Shown: positions 18,841-28,297 of the stretch, piece after piece | How positions within the stretch are numbered: position 1 is the stretch's first letter | How the letters are laid out: each line of letters starts with the position of its first letter | Origin: an uncultured Gammaproteobacteria bacterium | GTDB taxonomy: Bacteria > Patescibacteriota > Microgenomatia > UBA10105 > UBA927 | Direction: 5' to 3' | Length of the DNA stretch: 64,000 nucleotides | Assembly: GCA_964621305.1 (NCBI GenBank) | Contig: CAZUOM010000001.1 | Span: 229,448-293,447, forward strand | Position numbers and translations under genes: made by a program | The notes under the pieces: model-generated | The model's input: only the letters and a program-made list of their open reading frames with translations | What the model was told of the DNA's origin: nothing | The model's database searches: none

Positions 18841-18882
18841 GCCATTTCCAAGGGGTCCCCTTGATTTTGCCGTAACAACGGG

Positions 18883-19578
18883 CTATGTGTCTTGACCATC
18901 AATACTCATTGTATAAATAAATTCACTATCTCCCGCCTGGGATACAAAAGATTCATAGGACAAATGCGGATTCTTCCGAGAAAAGTAAGAAAGGATTTCA
19001 GTGGTAGACAGCCACATCGTCTTACGGCGACCAAGATAATCTAAATAAGACGAAGGCTGCTCTGACAACATTTCCAAGGGGACCCCTTGCAAAGCTAATG
19101 GGTTGCGATGAATATAGCGGGATAGATGCTGGAGCTGTTCATCGGTTGTGACCAGAACTGCTTTATAAACACCTTGATACAGCGGCCCTACCCGTTTATT
19201 TTTCCTATTAAAATACATCGTATATCGAGTGCATAACGAGTTCATAAATGTATCGACAGCTGTTCCCTCCTTCTGTTTGACTAAAAGATGAAAATGGTTC
19301 GGCATGAGACAGTAAGCAAAAAGACGTATCGAGCCAAAAAAATTGTTGAGTTGAAGTGATTTGAGAATCTTATGTTTCTCTTTTGAAGAAACGGTCGGGT
19401 CGGCCAAACGACTACGAAGAGACTTTTTGTCTTTCTGTAGAAGATATTCTTTCAGATACGACAAAAATACACTATAGTCTTGGGCATCTTGAAAGATAAT
19501 CCGCTTCTCTACTCCGCGATTGTAAATATGGTAATACCCATTGGTAACGTAAAGCTTTTCAGAGTTTTTTGCAGGCAT
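18883..19578 (-). mobile_element. REP-associated tyrosine (Y1 HUH) transposase, RAYT-like
   Basis: Motifs YHIYNRG, LMPNHFHLL and YIHRNP. Palindromes CAAGGGG(T/A)CCCCTTG at 18849-18863, 19075-19089 and 19611-19625. Confidence 0.88.
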
Positions 19579-19766
19579 ATATATACTTTATCTTGTCCTC
19601 ACAACTTTTACAAGGGGTCCCCTTGTAAGTGCTCCTTTTGATTACCCCTTTGATTCCTCTTGACAAGGTATGAGCATTGATGATACTTTACGATAAATAT
19701 TGATATCACTTGAAATTCGCTCAGGCGAATTCAAGTGTAAACCCCCGCCCAATAGAAGGAGGACCT

Positions 19767-19967
19767 ATGTCCCTCGGTGATGACTGGCCAGGTCTTTTAA
19801 CTGTCCGCGAAGTGGCAAAAATCCTGCGCGTCTCGCCTCTGACGATCAAACGCTGGGGCAAGCGCGGCAAACTGCCGGCTATTCGCATTAACTCCCGCGG
19901 CGACCGCAGGTATAAAAAAGAGGCGGTCATGTGGTTGTTAGGCCTCCAGCAAAAAGGACAAGGGTAA
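19767..19967 (+). CDS. MerR/excisionase-like HTH DNA-binding protein
   Basis: LLTVREVAKILRVSPLTIKRW..G.RRY motif; SD AAGGAGG before ATG 19767. Confidence 0.85.
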   Translation: MSLGDDWPGLLTVREVAKILRVSPLTIKRWGKRGKLPAIRINSRGDRRYKKEAVMWLLGLQQKGQG

Positions 19968-19978
19968 CGCGGTAACCA

Positions 19979-20039
19979 AAAAAAACACCCTCTCCTGTTA
20001 AGAAATCCCAAATGGGACGGACTAGAAAGTCCGAGGGTG
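19979..20039 (-). terminator. Branched intrinsic terminator for the 21214-20065 unit
   Basis: CACCCTC/GAGGGTG closing stem with internal hairpins and a T-tract on the minus strand. Confidence 0.55.
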
Positions 20040-20064
20040 AAATGCAAAATCTGCGGATATCTTA

Positions 20065-20568
20065 TTAGGTGTTCTTGACGATGATGGCGGGCTGCAAGCG
20101 CAATATCTCGCCGACTGTCAGTTTGCCTTGGTCATAAAGCTTGAGAGCTTTCCCTGCCAAGCCAACCTTGGGGTTGGTGAGCAATTGACGTTCAGTCATT
20201 CCATACTGCTCGAGTATACCCGGAACATCTTTCGCGATCTCTTCCGCCATGTCAATCGCGCCCGAAAGCGCCGACTCCATCATGCTTGCCGCGGCATCCG
20301 ATCCGAAGAGATCAAGAGACGCTGCTGGAGTCACAGCGACGGCGGCTTTGACGAAGCCGTTTGCGACACAGTAACGGAGGAACGCGATTTTCGCCTTCAT
20401 GAGGGTCTCTACAGTCGCGGTCTTGTCAAGCAAATCCAAAAGCACTGTTGGAGTCGCTTCTATGTATGGGCGAAGCATTTTTTTCATCGCAAACCGTTGA
20501 GCGGCAAATTCAGGATGCTTTTGGAGGGCATCCCAAACTTCCTTAGGTTGAACGGGTTTTTTGGACAT
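20065..20568 (-). CDS. Hypothetical protein
   Basis: ORF with SD AAGGAG before ATG 20568. Confidence 0.7.
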   Translation of the reverse strand: MSKKPVQPKEVWDALQKHPEFAAQRFAMKKMLRPYIEATPTVLLDLLDKTATVETLMKAKIAFLRYCVANGFVKAAVAVTPAASLDLFGSDAAASMMESALSGAIDMAEEIAKDVPGILEQYGMTERQLLTNPKVGLAGKALKLYDQGKLTVGEILRLQPAIIVKNT

Positions 20569-20608
20569 TTGTTTCTCCTTTTTGTTTAAGTGTGTCCGCT
20601 GCTGATAG

Positions 20609-21214
20609 CTACCAGCCGTGGGTGATGCGTTCAAATTGCCGATTTACTCCTGGCAATGGTCGAGGATCAGGACGCTTTTCCCAGCCTGTCTCCGTTTTCT
20701 GTTCAAACCAGCGATGGATTTCAAAAATGTTGTCGCTATCGCTGTAGTACGGCAGAAGGGAATCGGCGCTTGGGGATTGATTGCCTTTTGGGACGGGATA
20801 GAGTCTGAGAAGTTCCTCAAGATCTGTACCTTCCCAAAGAACTTTTGGCTTTCCCGGATCTTGACCTATTGCGTTGATTGTCTCAAGAACCCGGTACGTG
20901 GTCGGCGGTGGCCACTTGGCAATGATTCCGAGGGCTCGTTGATAGTGTGTGTCATATCCCCAGGGACACGCCTTGGGCCGTCCCATTGAGTCGTAAAGTC
21001 TTTCAAAAACGACCTTATCACCCTCTCGGGGATCTCGCAGGTGTTTATTGTTAAGCACCGCCCCGATAAATTGTGGTCCACGCTTTCCTTTGACGGCGTT
21101 GATTATCTGACCGTCGTTGAAGTGAAACCACAGCTGTTCCTCGGCATCATCGTCAGGAACAATGAACCCGAACCGTTTCTGCGTATTAAACCACTTGACT
21201 CTTCCGCTTTCCAT
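20609..21214 (-). CDS. Cold-shock (CSD) domain protein with C-terminal extension
   Basis: GRVKWFNTQKRFGFI..WFHF motif; SD AAGGAG before ATG 21214. Confidence 0.85.
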   Translation of the reverse strand: MESGRVKWFNTQKRFGFIVPDDDAEEQLWFHFNDGQIINAVKGKRGPQFIGAVLNNKHLRDPREGDKVVFERLYDSMGRPKACPWGYDTHYQRALGIIAKWPPPTTYRVLETINAIGQDPGKPKVLWEGTDLEELLRLYPVPKGNQSPSADSLLPYYSDSDNIFEIHRWFEQKTETGWEKRPDPRPLPGVNRQFERITHGW

Positions 21215-21222
21215 ATCACTCA

Positions 21223-21375
21223 CTCCTTCCCTCAAGGCTCACCTACAATAGGTGGCTAACTGCCTACCAAGGCCGATAAACAGATAGCCACCTACAAAGT
21301 GAGTTTTCCGCAGATTGTAAACGTGCAAAGAAAAAAATCCACCAACAAGGCCCAGCAAAAGCGCTGATTGGTGAC
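21223..21375 (-). promoter_or_regulatory. Structured leader with degenerate boxA-like 12-mer
   Basis: Hairpin at ~21374-21338, TGCACGTTTACA at 21327-21316, hairpin at ~21305-21237, then SD. Confidence 0.4.
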
Positions 21376-21488
21376 TTATAATCAAGGAGTCTATCAGAAG
21401 AAGAAGAAGAAGTCAAGATACTATAAGATATAAAAGGGATCATTATGATAAAATGCCTTGCGGCTTCCTGCGCAGCATAGAAAATTTT

Positions 21489-21875
21489 ATGACACAGCCT
21501 GAAACAACCGAGCAACTGGTGGTTTCCGTTCAAATTTTACGGGATATATTAGAGGCGGGATCTTCCGATTCGCCTACGGAATTTCGGTCTCTTCGCGGCA
21601 AACCGCTGACACAAAAAGATCTTGTCACGGCAATCCGCACGGCATTTCAGTACGAAAAAATAAAACTATCTCACGGTCGCGATAATAGAATTATTGTGGT
21701 TGGGGTCACCCGGGTAAAAGACCGGGACATTCCCACAGTCCTCATGGATTCCGAATTTGTGAATCACTCTACCCCAGAAGGACTCAAAGCGGCTATTGAA
21801 AACGGCATAATCAATCCTAGGAAAATCATCCGTAGCTTATATAGTTTGGTAGTTAAAGAACTGGTTGTTGAATAA
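21489..21875 (+). CDS. Hypothetical protein
   Basis: ORF only; start uncertain. Confidence 0.5.
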   Translation: MTQPETTEQLVVSVQILRDILEAGSSDSPTEFRSLRGKPLTQKDLVTAIRTAFQYEKIKLSHGRDNRIIVVGVTRVKDRDIPTVLMDSEFVNHSTPEGLKAAIENGIINPRKIIRSLYSLVVKELVVE

Positions 21876-21880
21876 TGGTT

Positions 21881-22387
21881 TTATTTTGGCAATCCAATGG
21901 TAGACAGGGACGCATTGGTATACTCGCTCTGACCCGAAACTTCGCGACCAAACCAGTCCGGCGGAATAAAATCGTGTGCGTCATTAAGAGAGGCAAATTC
22001 GACTTCAACTGTTGCAAGCTCCGCCAGATTCCCTGCATAAATATCCAATTGCGCCGTGGCTCCCGATTCAATTGGTATCATATAGCGGCATTTCGTGAGG
22101 CGCTTGCCTTCTGTCAGAGGCCAGAGTTTTTCAAACTGATCACGGGACAATATAACTTCCGTTTCCGGGTGTTCTATGCCGGTTCCGGACTTTACCGTCA
22201 AAAACCACATCTGATGTTCCCCTTCTTTTACATGGCGAAGCCTAAAAACGGACTCCTGGGAAATTGCGATATAGCCCTGGGATATTTCCTGATAAACAAC
22301 AGCATCAAGTCCCTCTGGTATATCCCGAACTAAAAATTTCCGCTCGATTTCTACGTTACTCATACGATTGAATTCTATAGATTTCAT
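21881..22387 (-). CDS. CYTH-domain (adenylate cyclase/triphosphatase) protein
   Basis: Motifs EIERKFLV, QGY, VEVEF and PPDWFGREVS. Confidence 0.92.
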   Translation of the reverse strand: MKSIEFNRMSNVEIERKFLVRDIPEGLDAVVYQEISQGYIAISQESVFRLRHVKEGEHQMWFLTVKSGTGIEHPETEVILSRDQFEKLWPLTEGKRLTKCRYMIPIESGATAQLDIYAGNLAELATVEVEFASLNDAHDFIPPDWFGREVSGQSEYTNASLSTIGLPK

Positions 22388-22423
22388 AAATACAAATTAT
22401 ACACCAATATACATCCAATACAT

Positions 22424-22511
22424 AAAAAAAGACCTCTCCTTCCCACTCCACATTTTTCAGACCAACGAATGAGCGCTTTGGCTCACTGTAGAATTCTGAA
22501 AGTTTTGAGTA
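22424..22511 (-). terminator. Long hairpin terminator
   Basis: AAGACCTCTC..GAGAGGTCTT closing stem plus a T-tract on the minus strand. Confidence 0.6.
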
Positions 22512-22540
22512 GATCTGAAAGAGAGGTCTTGAATGGGAGC

Positions 22541-22765
22541 CTAGGCTTTTTTAGCCTGCTCCAAGAGTTCTTGCCCGCGGGGCGAGGATTTCGAAACCCA
22601 CTTTTTGTTCTCCTCGTCCCAGATCGTATTCATCGCCTGTGCCACGTAGGCGGGTGAATTGGCAAGAGCATCAATCCTTGCTTTTTCCCGCAACTGCGCC
22701 GCGCCTGGGTGAATTGCCAAAGCCGCATCCGCAATTGCCTTTCTTAACGTATTCCGTAAACTCAT
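22541..22765 (-). CDS. Small hypothetical protein (74 aa)
   Basis: SD CAGGAGG, with its own promoter, leader and terminator. Confidence 0.7.
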   Translation of the reverse strand: MSLRNTLRKAIADAALAIHPGAAQLREKARIDALANSPAYVAQAMNTIWDEENKKWVSKSSPRGQELLEQAKKA

Positions 22766-22773
22766 TTTCCTTA

Positions 22774-22960
22774 CCTCCTGAAAAAAGATTGTAGCTCAGG
22801 GCTACTTCGCAAATACAAAAGTTGCACCCACGAAGTAACCCTGAGCCTGAATGGAGGAAGCAAATTCCATCTCCTGTCAACGAGCGAAAAAAACAATACC
22901 GCAGCTTGGAGCGGTACGTTTTAGGTCCTAACTGTAGCACAAAAATGCTTTAATTGTCAA
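22774..22960 (-). promoter_or_regulatory. Promoter and leader: hairpin, boxA-like 12-mer, long hairpin, SD
   Basis: TTGACA at 22960-22955, TACCGC/GCGGTA hairpin at 22916-22897, CGCTCGTTGACA at 22886-22875 and hairpin at 22846-22793. Confidence 0.55.
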
Positions 22961-24618
22961 ATTCCTATGGGCCTATCCGGCAGAGATTCTATCGCATGCG
23001 CTAGCGACGGCGCTTTTGTAAACCATCGAGCGGCAAGGGCACGCTTGGTTTCTCCAACAAGCGCGCTCAACTTCTCCCTCCCCAGCGCATCAACTACCGC
23101 CTGAAAATAGCGCACTTCCGGTGTTTTTTGCAGCTCGGCAACAAGTTCGTCTGCGTTGACTGGTTTGGCGACATGCGGCCCCATAGCCATAGTAAGATAC
23201 GCTGCCACCGTATCGGCGTAGTGTTCCTCTTCAAACTGGAGAGCCGCCCGGATTAATTCCTCCTGATCACCTTCCGAAAGCCTTCCTGTATAATCGCCAT
23301 CAACCACAAGTTTCATACAGTAAAATCCCGTACGGCGCGCCACGGCATCAATTGCCTGCAACGGATTTTTATACTTGATCCCCTGCATAATCATGCCTCT
23401 GTATAACTCCACAGCTTGTCCGGCAATCGGATCAAGACGGCTTAATATGTCCACCAACCGCCCAATCCGCTCCTCGACAAGATAGGACAAAAGCATTTCG
23501 CTAAACTCGTCACTAAGAAACCTGCTAAATTTCCCCACCCAAGGAAGAAGAAAGTACCGCTCGCCCATGTCAAACATTGACTTCCTAGAATCATTCCATA
23601 ATAACTGCGGCAAACCATCTATGTCTATGCAACTTTTGTCCGCTACACATTGCAAAACAGTACTTTGAAATGAGTTTCCTTTTAGGGAAGGATCAAGCGA
23701 AACCATAGTTTTTATCCCCCGAGCGTGCGCCTCCCACCTGGCTGACAACAGCCGCGGTAATGTAGAAACATGAACGAGCTGTAAAACTCGCGGATACCGT
23801 ACAAAAAGGCTCATCGCGTGAGACAATTCATGAGCAACAATAAACGTAGTGATAAACTGTTTCTGTTCCGGAATCGTCGCCTGTTCATAATACCTTAAGA
23901 TTTCGTCCTCCCGATCGACATGAATTTCCCGTAGAGGAGAATTATAACCAGCAGCCCGATCAGCAGTCACTTCTCCCAAAACGATGTCAACCGGCACAGG
24001 AGAAACGCGGCGTACATCGGAAATCCCCCGGCGAAGCCGAGGTTGAGGAGGTCCATCGACCGGATCTTTATCCCGGACATTAGGCTCCTGAAACTTATTG
24101 CCAACTTTATTCCAAAGATTGAGCACAGCATCAATCGGATAAGCTTTCGCTGTTTTGTCTTTTGATAATTTTGTCACCTCCATCACTGCCTGATTGAAAA
24201 TCGTCCGCGCTGACTGAGGTGTTAATTTGTGCGTTTGGTCATTAGAGATAGTCTGGCCAATTAAATCTATAGTTCCTTTCAATATCTTCAGATCAACAAT
24301 CGCTGGAAGATAGAGTTCTCTTTGTGGCAGATCAACCACAAAGGTAAAATCTGGATGAGGAAATAATTTGCTCATGTCCGGAAAACCAGACATGCTGGCG
24401 ACAAACGCTTCACAAGATGCATAAGCTGACTGGATATTTGTCCACAAGCGCTCAAACTCCTCCCTGTCCACTCTGCTAAACCACTGGCCTATACCATACC
24501 ACACTGCCTGTGCAGCTTCTTGGACCTGTTTTGAAGCTGAAGCGGCTGTCCCAACAGCAATGCCGCCGCCTACTGCTGCACTCATTTTAAGAAATTCCCG
24601 ACGGTTCAGATCGTCCAT
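22957..24618 (-). CDS. Protein with twin-arginine-like N-terminus and HExxH motif (putative zinc metallopeptidase)
   Basis: MDDLNRREFLKMSAAVGGG and VAHELSHA. Confidence 0.6.
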   Translation of the reverse strand: MDDLNRREFLKMSAAVGGGIAVGTAASASKQVQEAAQAVWYGIGQWFSRVDREEFERLWTNIQSAYASCEAFVASMSGFPDMSKLFPHPDFTFVVDLPQRELYLPAIVDLKILKGTIDLIGQTISNDQTHKLTPQSARTIFNQAVMEVTKLSKDKTAKAYPIDAVLNLWNKVGNKFQEPNVRDKDPVDGPPQPRLRRGISDVRRVSPVPVDIVLGEVTADRAAGYNSPLREIHVDREDEILRYYEQATIPEQKQFITTFIVAHELSHAMSLFVRYPRVLQLVHVSTLPRLLSARWEAHARGIKTMVSLDPSLKGNSFQSTVLQCVADKSCIDIDGLPQLLWNDSRKSMFDMGERYFLLPWVGKFSRFLSDEFSEMLLSYLVEERIGRLVDILSRLDPIAGQAVELYRGMIMQGIKYKNPLQAIDAVARRTGFYCMKLVVDGDYTGRLSEGDQEELIRAALQFEEEHYADTVAAYLTMAMGPHVAKPVNADELVAELQKTPEVRYFQAVVDALGREKLSALVGETKRALAARWFTKAPSLAHAIESLPDRPIGI

Positions 24619-24718
24619 ATGAGTGAATCATAGATGTTACCATATTATAGGATATTAATCAAACCATTGACGATAAATCAACGGAGGTATAAAATGCTCA
24701 TCTGTTTCAACAAATCTT

Positions 24719-25000
24719 ATGGGTGAGTATCTTTCGCAAGAATAGTTACAAGATATTTTAGAGTCTGAGCACGGCCTAATTTTTTTTCCGAAACGATCAC
24801 TTGTGCTGCCAGAGATAGCCCAAGACCACCTCGCAAGACTTGTGAAACCAGGAAAATTAGAAACTGCGTTAAAAGGAATAGGTTTTATTCAACAATATCT
24901 TGCAGGAAATGCGGTTGGCGACACATGGGGTAGTAATCATGAAGCAAGACGAAAATGGACTAGTCAGCTTGTCAAGCAATACGGTGAGTCTTTTTTTTAA
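24719..25000 (+). pseudogene. Small hypothetical gene with in-frame TAG at 24743-24745
   Basis: ATG 24719 is in frame with the 24803-25000 ORF and interrupted by one TAG. Confidence 0.35.
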
Positions 25001-25024
25001 AATCGATTGAAGCGTTGGGTTTAT

Positions 25025-25981
25025 TTAAAGGAACTGCTTGAGTAATTTTTTTGCCGTATTTTTTATCACTGGGCTGACAACTACTTCCACAACCCCCTCC
25101 CCAGGCTGGCCGTAGTAGACGATCGCGCCTTCAGGCGCGTGTACCACTACCGGAAGAGCAAGAAGGTCCTCCTCTCCTTTGACAATGAGGAGGGTAGGCC
25201 TGCAATGGGTAGCCCAGGCAGCAATTGCTGTCTGCGCCGTACTGCTAATATAGCCCGGTCCGCTTTCAACAGCCATACTATAATACAAAAGGATCTCTGG
25301 AACTTTTGCCAGAGTGTCGTGAATTTTACGGGCAATATGCAGGTCTATAATGGATAAATTCGGAATACTACCAAGCCCCAAGGCCGTCTCCGTGGTGGCG
25401 TCGCCCACGGTAATTGTGATAGCAGCCGTTGGCTGAAGCGCTTTGTCAATAGCCTTACCCGTCAGCACCCTTCCTAGGGGCCTCCTTAGCTCTGGACGAA
25501 GGCTATCTGGCAATATCAGCTTTCCAAACGCAGTAATCTCACCCCCCCTTATACGTGATGAGGAAATCGGCTGCCCGTCGTCGGCGGCAACGATGGGCAC
25601 CTCGATCAGAGCCACGGGTGACAGGGCGAGACCCTGTCGCAGCTCATTGATACGCTCCCCGGTTGTTCTGTTCTCTGCAGTCACGATGATGGCCGTCAAA
25701 TCCGGCATGCTCGCCGCCGGCTCGTAGGGGTTATCAATAAAAATTATTTTCGCCCGATCAATAAATCCCTGATCAGTCAACCATTGCACAACTGCCTGTT
25801 TCCGTTTTGTTTGGTCATTGTGATTTGTGATTTGTGATTTGTAGGCGCGTATAAACGAATCGCTTGTTACGCCAACCGTTACCCTCTCCCCCTCCTCAAG
25901 CGCCCGGGTTAACAAGGCAATGTGTCCTTTGTGGAGCCCGTCGAAAGTGCCGGCAACAAAGACGTGGGGAAAGCGGTTCAT
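25025..25981 (-). CDS. coaD: Archaeal/eukaryotic-type phosphopantetheine adenylyltransferase fused to DUF359 (GTP-dependent dephospho-CoA kinase)
   Basis: Motifs GTFDGLHKGH and ISSSRIR, then TVGD, GEEDLLALP and YGQPGEG. Confidence 0.85.
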   Translation of the reverse strand: MNRFPHVFVAGTFDGLHKGHIALLTRALEEGERVTVGVTSDSFIRAYKSQITNHNDQTKRKQAVVQWLTDQGFIDRAKIIFIDNPYEPAASMPDLTAIIVTAENRTTGERINELRQGLALSPVALIEVPIVAADDGQPISSSRIRGGEITAFGKLILPDSLRPELRRPLGRVLTGKAIDKALQPTAAITITVGDATTETALGLGSIPNLSIIDLHIARKIHDTLAKVPEILLYYSMAVESGPGYISSTAQTAIAAWATHCRPTLLIVKGEEDLLALPVVVHAPEGAIVYYGQPGEGVVEVVVSPVIKNTAKKLLKQFL

Positions 25982-26232
25982 GATCGTTGATAGTGATCGT
26001 TTATATCGACAACCTCAATAGTCGCAGGGGTTTTAAAGATAAAAACGGCGCGATATTTTTTGTCAATGCGAAATGAATAAATTTTAAACTCTTTCGGTTC
26101 CAACCTTTCTGTATTCAAGGAGGGGTGTCTGGGATTCGCTAGAAATAGCACCCTTTGCTTTTCAAACTTTCTGATGAGTCCGCGTTTGACCAAAAATTTC
26201 CGCAGGTCCGGCCGAAGGGGTTCAACTTGCAT
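25978..26232 (-). CDS. RelE/ParE-superfamily toxin
   Basis: NPRHPSLNTERL..YSFRIDKKYRA..INDHY motif. Confidence 0.8.
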   Translation of the reverse strand: MQVEPLRPDLRKFLVKRGLIRKFEKQRVLFLANPRHPSLNTERLEPKEFKIYSFRIDKKYRAVFIFKTPATIEVVDINDHYQRS

Positions 26233-26485
26233 ACCAGGAGGATTTCTTGAGACCACTTACTACGCTGGTAATAAATTTTTTGTTGTACTTGCCGGTTTTC
26301 TCCATGCCCCTTTTAATTTCTTCAATGGGTCGCCTCTCAAATGCCTCAAACTCCAGATCCTTAAAAAAGTACTTGCGCAGAAGTGCACGGAAAAACTCAC
26401 TCCTTGTCGCAAAGCCACTTTTATGCGTTTCCACATCAACTTGCTGTAAAATCTGGTCTGGGAGAGAAATCGTCAAAGTCGCCAT
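26222..26485 (-). CDS. Ribbon-helix-helix antitoxin
   Basis: TLTISLPD..TRSEFFRALLR; overlaps the toxin start. Confidence 0.82.
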   Translation of the reverse strand: MATLTISLPDQILQQVDVETHKSGFATRSEFFRALLRKYFFKDLEFEAFERRPIEEIKRGMEKTGKYNKKFITSVVSGLKKSSWYAS

Positions 26486-26536
26486 AATAAGAAATTATAA
26501 CAAAATTTATGAATTTTTGTCAAGACCTGGGGAAAT

Positions 26537-27493
26537 TTACGCATAGGCGACGTGTTGGATAAGAGTTTTGGCCCGATTCAGATGATCTTGGGCAAGTACG
26601 ATTTCAAAAGGACTCCGATCGTTTATGCACCAAAACTCCCCGGTTCCGATATATTTTTGCATACCATCCAGAAAGATTTGCTCATCGTATTGTCCGACCG
26701 TTATGCGATTTGCGGCAAGTTGAACTAAAGCAGCTTCAACCAGATGCCCGTCATTGTGATAAGGATCGCGGTGGCTTAGTGACAATTCGATAATATGCGG
26801 TTTGTTCTCCCGGTCTACATATACCACGTCAAAGGGGTGGGCAACGATAATCCTGCCATCAAAAAAAACGGCTACGCTCTGCTCGAAATAAAGCTTTGTT
26901 GCCTCGTGGGCAACCCGATCAATAGCTGGGGCAAACTGGCGCAGATCAACTCTCACCCCGGCAGGATTCTTGATGACCGTTTCAACCCCCAAGCCAAGCT
27001 GTGTTCCATTCAATCGATTATGAAAATCGTCAAAAAAAGCCGTTAACACGTCTTCTGTCTCATGGCTTTTGGCAAGCTCTCCTCCCAACCGTATGATGGA
27101 ATCCCCAATTGCAAAGGCTTTATTGTGGTGATGACCCATAAAATGAACCAGTGCACCTGTCCTGGCATCTTGGCGGGACATGAGTCCGTCGGTAACGCTG
27201 GTCTTGGTCCACCACTTCCAAAGCATCGTCGCGTAGACAGCCTGTTCTGCCTCGCGACCCAGCTGTTCTGCGTTGGGAAAGAGAACTATTTTTTCCGGCT
27301 TTGGCTTCAGGACTTTTTCTACACGCGACAGTGGGAGAACCCGGAAAGGCTGCGCAATTGGGTGACGACTGTGCCTCGTTCGCCATGATTGTTTTTCAAT
27401 AGCAGCTGCAGCGTCGGCAATATCTTCTGACGAAGGAGGACGTACAGTTTTGCGACGGATCTTATCATCAAACAAAGGATCTTCTGTGCCCAT
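26537..27493 (-). CDS. Hypothetical protein, possible degenerate PD-(D/E)XK fold at the C-terminus
   Basis: Long ORF with FDVVY..HIIEL; weak motif. Confidence 0.6.
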   Translation of the reverse strand: MGTEDPLFDDKIRRKTVRPPSSEDIADAAAAIEKQSWRTRHSRHPIAQPFRVLPLSRVEKVLKPKPEKIVLFPNAEQLGREAEQAVYATMLWKWWTKTSVTDGLMSRQDARTGALVHFMGHHHNKAFAIGDSIIRLGGELAKSHETEDVLTAFFDDFHNRLNGTQLGLGVETVIKNPAGVRVDLRQFAPAIDRVAHEATKLYFEQSVAVFFDGRIIVAHPFDVVYVDRENKPHIIELSLSHRDPYHNDGHLVEAALVQLAANRITVGQYDEQIFLDGMQKYIGTGEFWCINDRSPFEIVLAQDHLNRAKTLIQHVAYA

Positions 27494-27581
27494 AGGCTGA
27501 TACTACCGATTATATCAGCTTTTCGTGTGCAAAGTACGCTACTTGACTCAACTATGGGGCATAGCTATACTACTCCCCCAT

Positions 27582-28277
27582 ATGTCAAAAGAAGACAATT
27601 CTCACGATAAATTAGGGGAGATGCAAGCTCATCTGGAAAAAAATCGTGAGACTATTAAAGAGCAGTGTGTCGCCCTCGTCCTCGCAGCAACGGAAGTTGC
27701 CGACTCCATGATCACCAACACGCTATGCTCAGACGATGACAAACAAATCCTAAGCACAGGCATTAGTTACCTTTGGAGTTTTGTCGATAATGATATCGTT
27801 GCGTTTAATGTCTCTCCCCATGTCCCATCTAAAAAAGACAAGCTCCCAAAGTTATTCCCCCGTGAACACCGAGGTGTTGAATTCTCACTGAGCACCAAAG
27901 ACAATACCATCATCTACGTTATGCTCTACGGAGGCATGCGCGATCCAAAGCATCCAGCAGATTATAACGATCGCGACCGACTGCAGCGTCAAGGACATGC
28001 TCCGGCAACCATCGAAACGGTATCGAAGCAAACATTTATCGGTATGAGGCTCGTGAGTGGAAACGGCAGACCATTGACCGAAATTTGGATTACGCACGAA
28101 ACCGGCAGACAATTCCGTCTAAATAGCTTTACGCTCTTTATTCCTAAAAAGAAACACCCATCCGGGGCTTGTCACCCAACACTCCAGTCCAAAGACCAGC
28201 AATTTTCCAATCTTGATAAAAGAACCGGTGCGATAAAAACCGCACTTGCCGACCTGATTCCGAGCGTACCAGAGTAA
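27582..28277 (+). CDS. Hypothetical protein
   Basis: ORF with ATG shortly after TATACT. Confidence 0.6.
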   Translation: MSKEDNSHDKLGEMQAHLEKNRETIKEQCVALVLAATEVADSMITNTLCSDDDKQILSTGISYLWSFVDNDIVAFNVSPHVPSKKDKLPKLFPREHRGVEFSLSTKDNTIIYVMLYGGMRDPKHPADYNDRDRLQRQGHAPATIETVSKQTFIGMRLVSGNGRPLTEIWITHETGRQFRLNSFTLFIPKKKHPSGACHPTLQSKDQQFSNLDKRTGAIKTALADLIPSVPE

Positions 28278-28297
28278 TACCATCCACGAGGGGATTT

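Noticed and set aside
19767-19967. Excisionase marking a prophage or ICE
   Set aside because: There is no integrase, structural or conjugation gene; it looks like a standalone HTH regulator.
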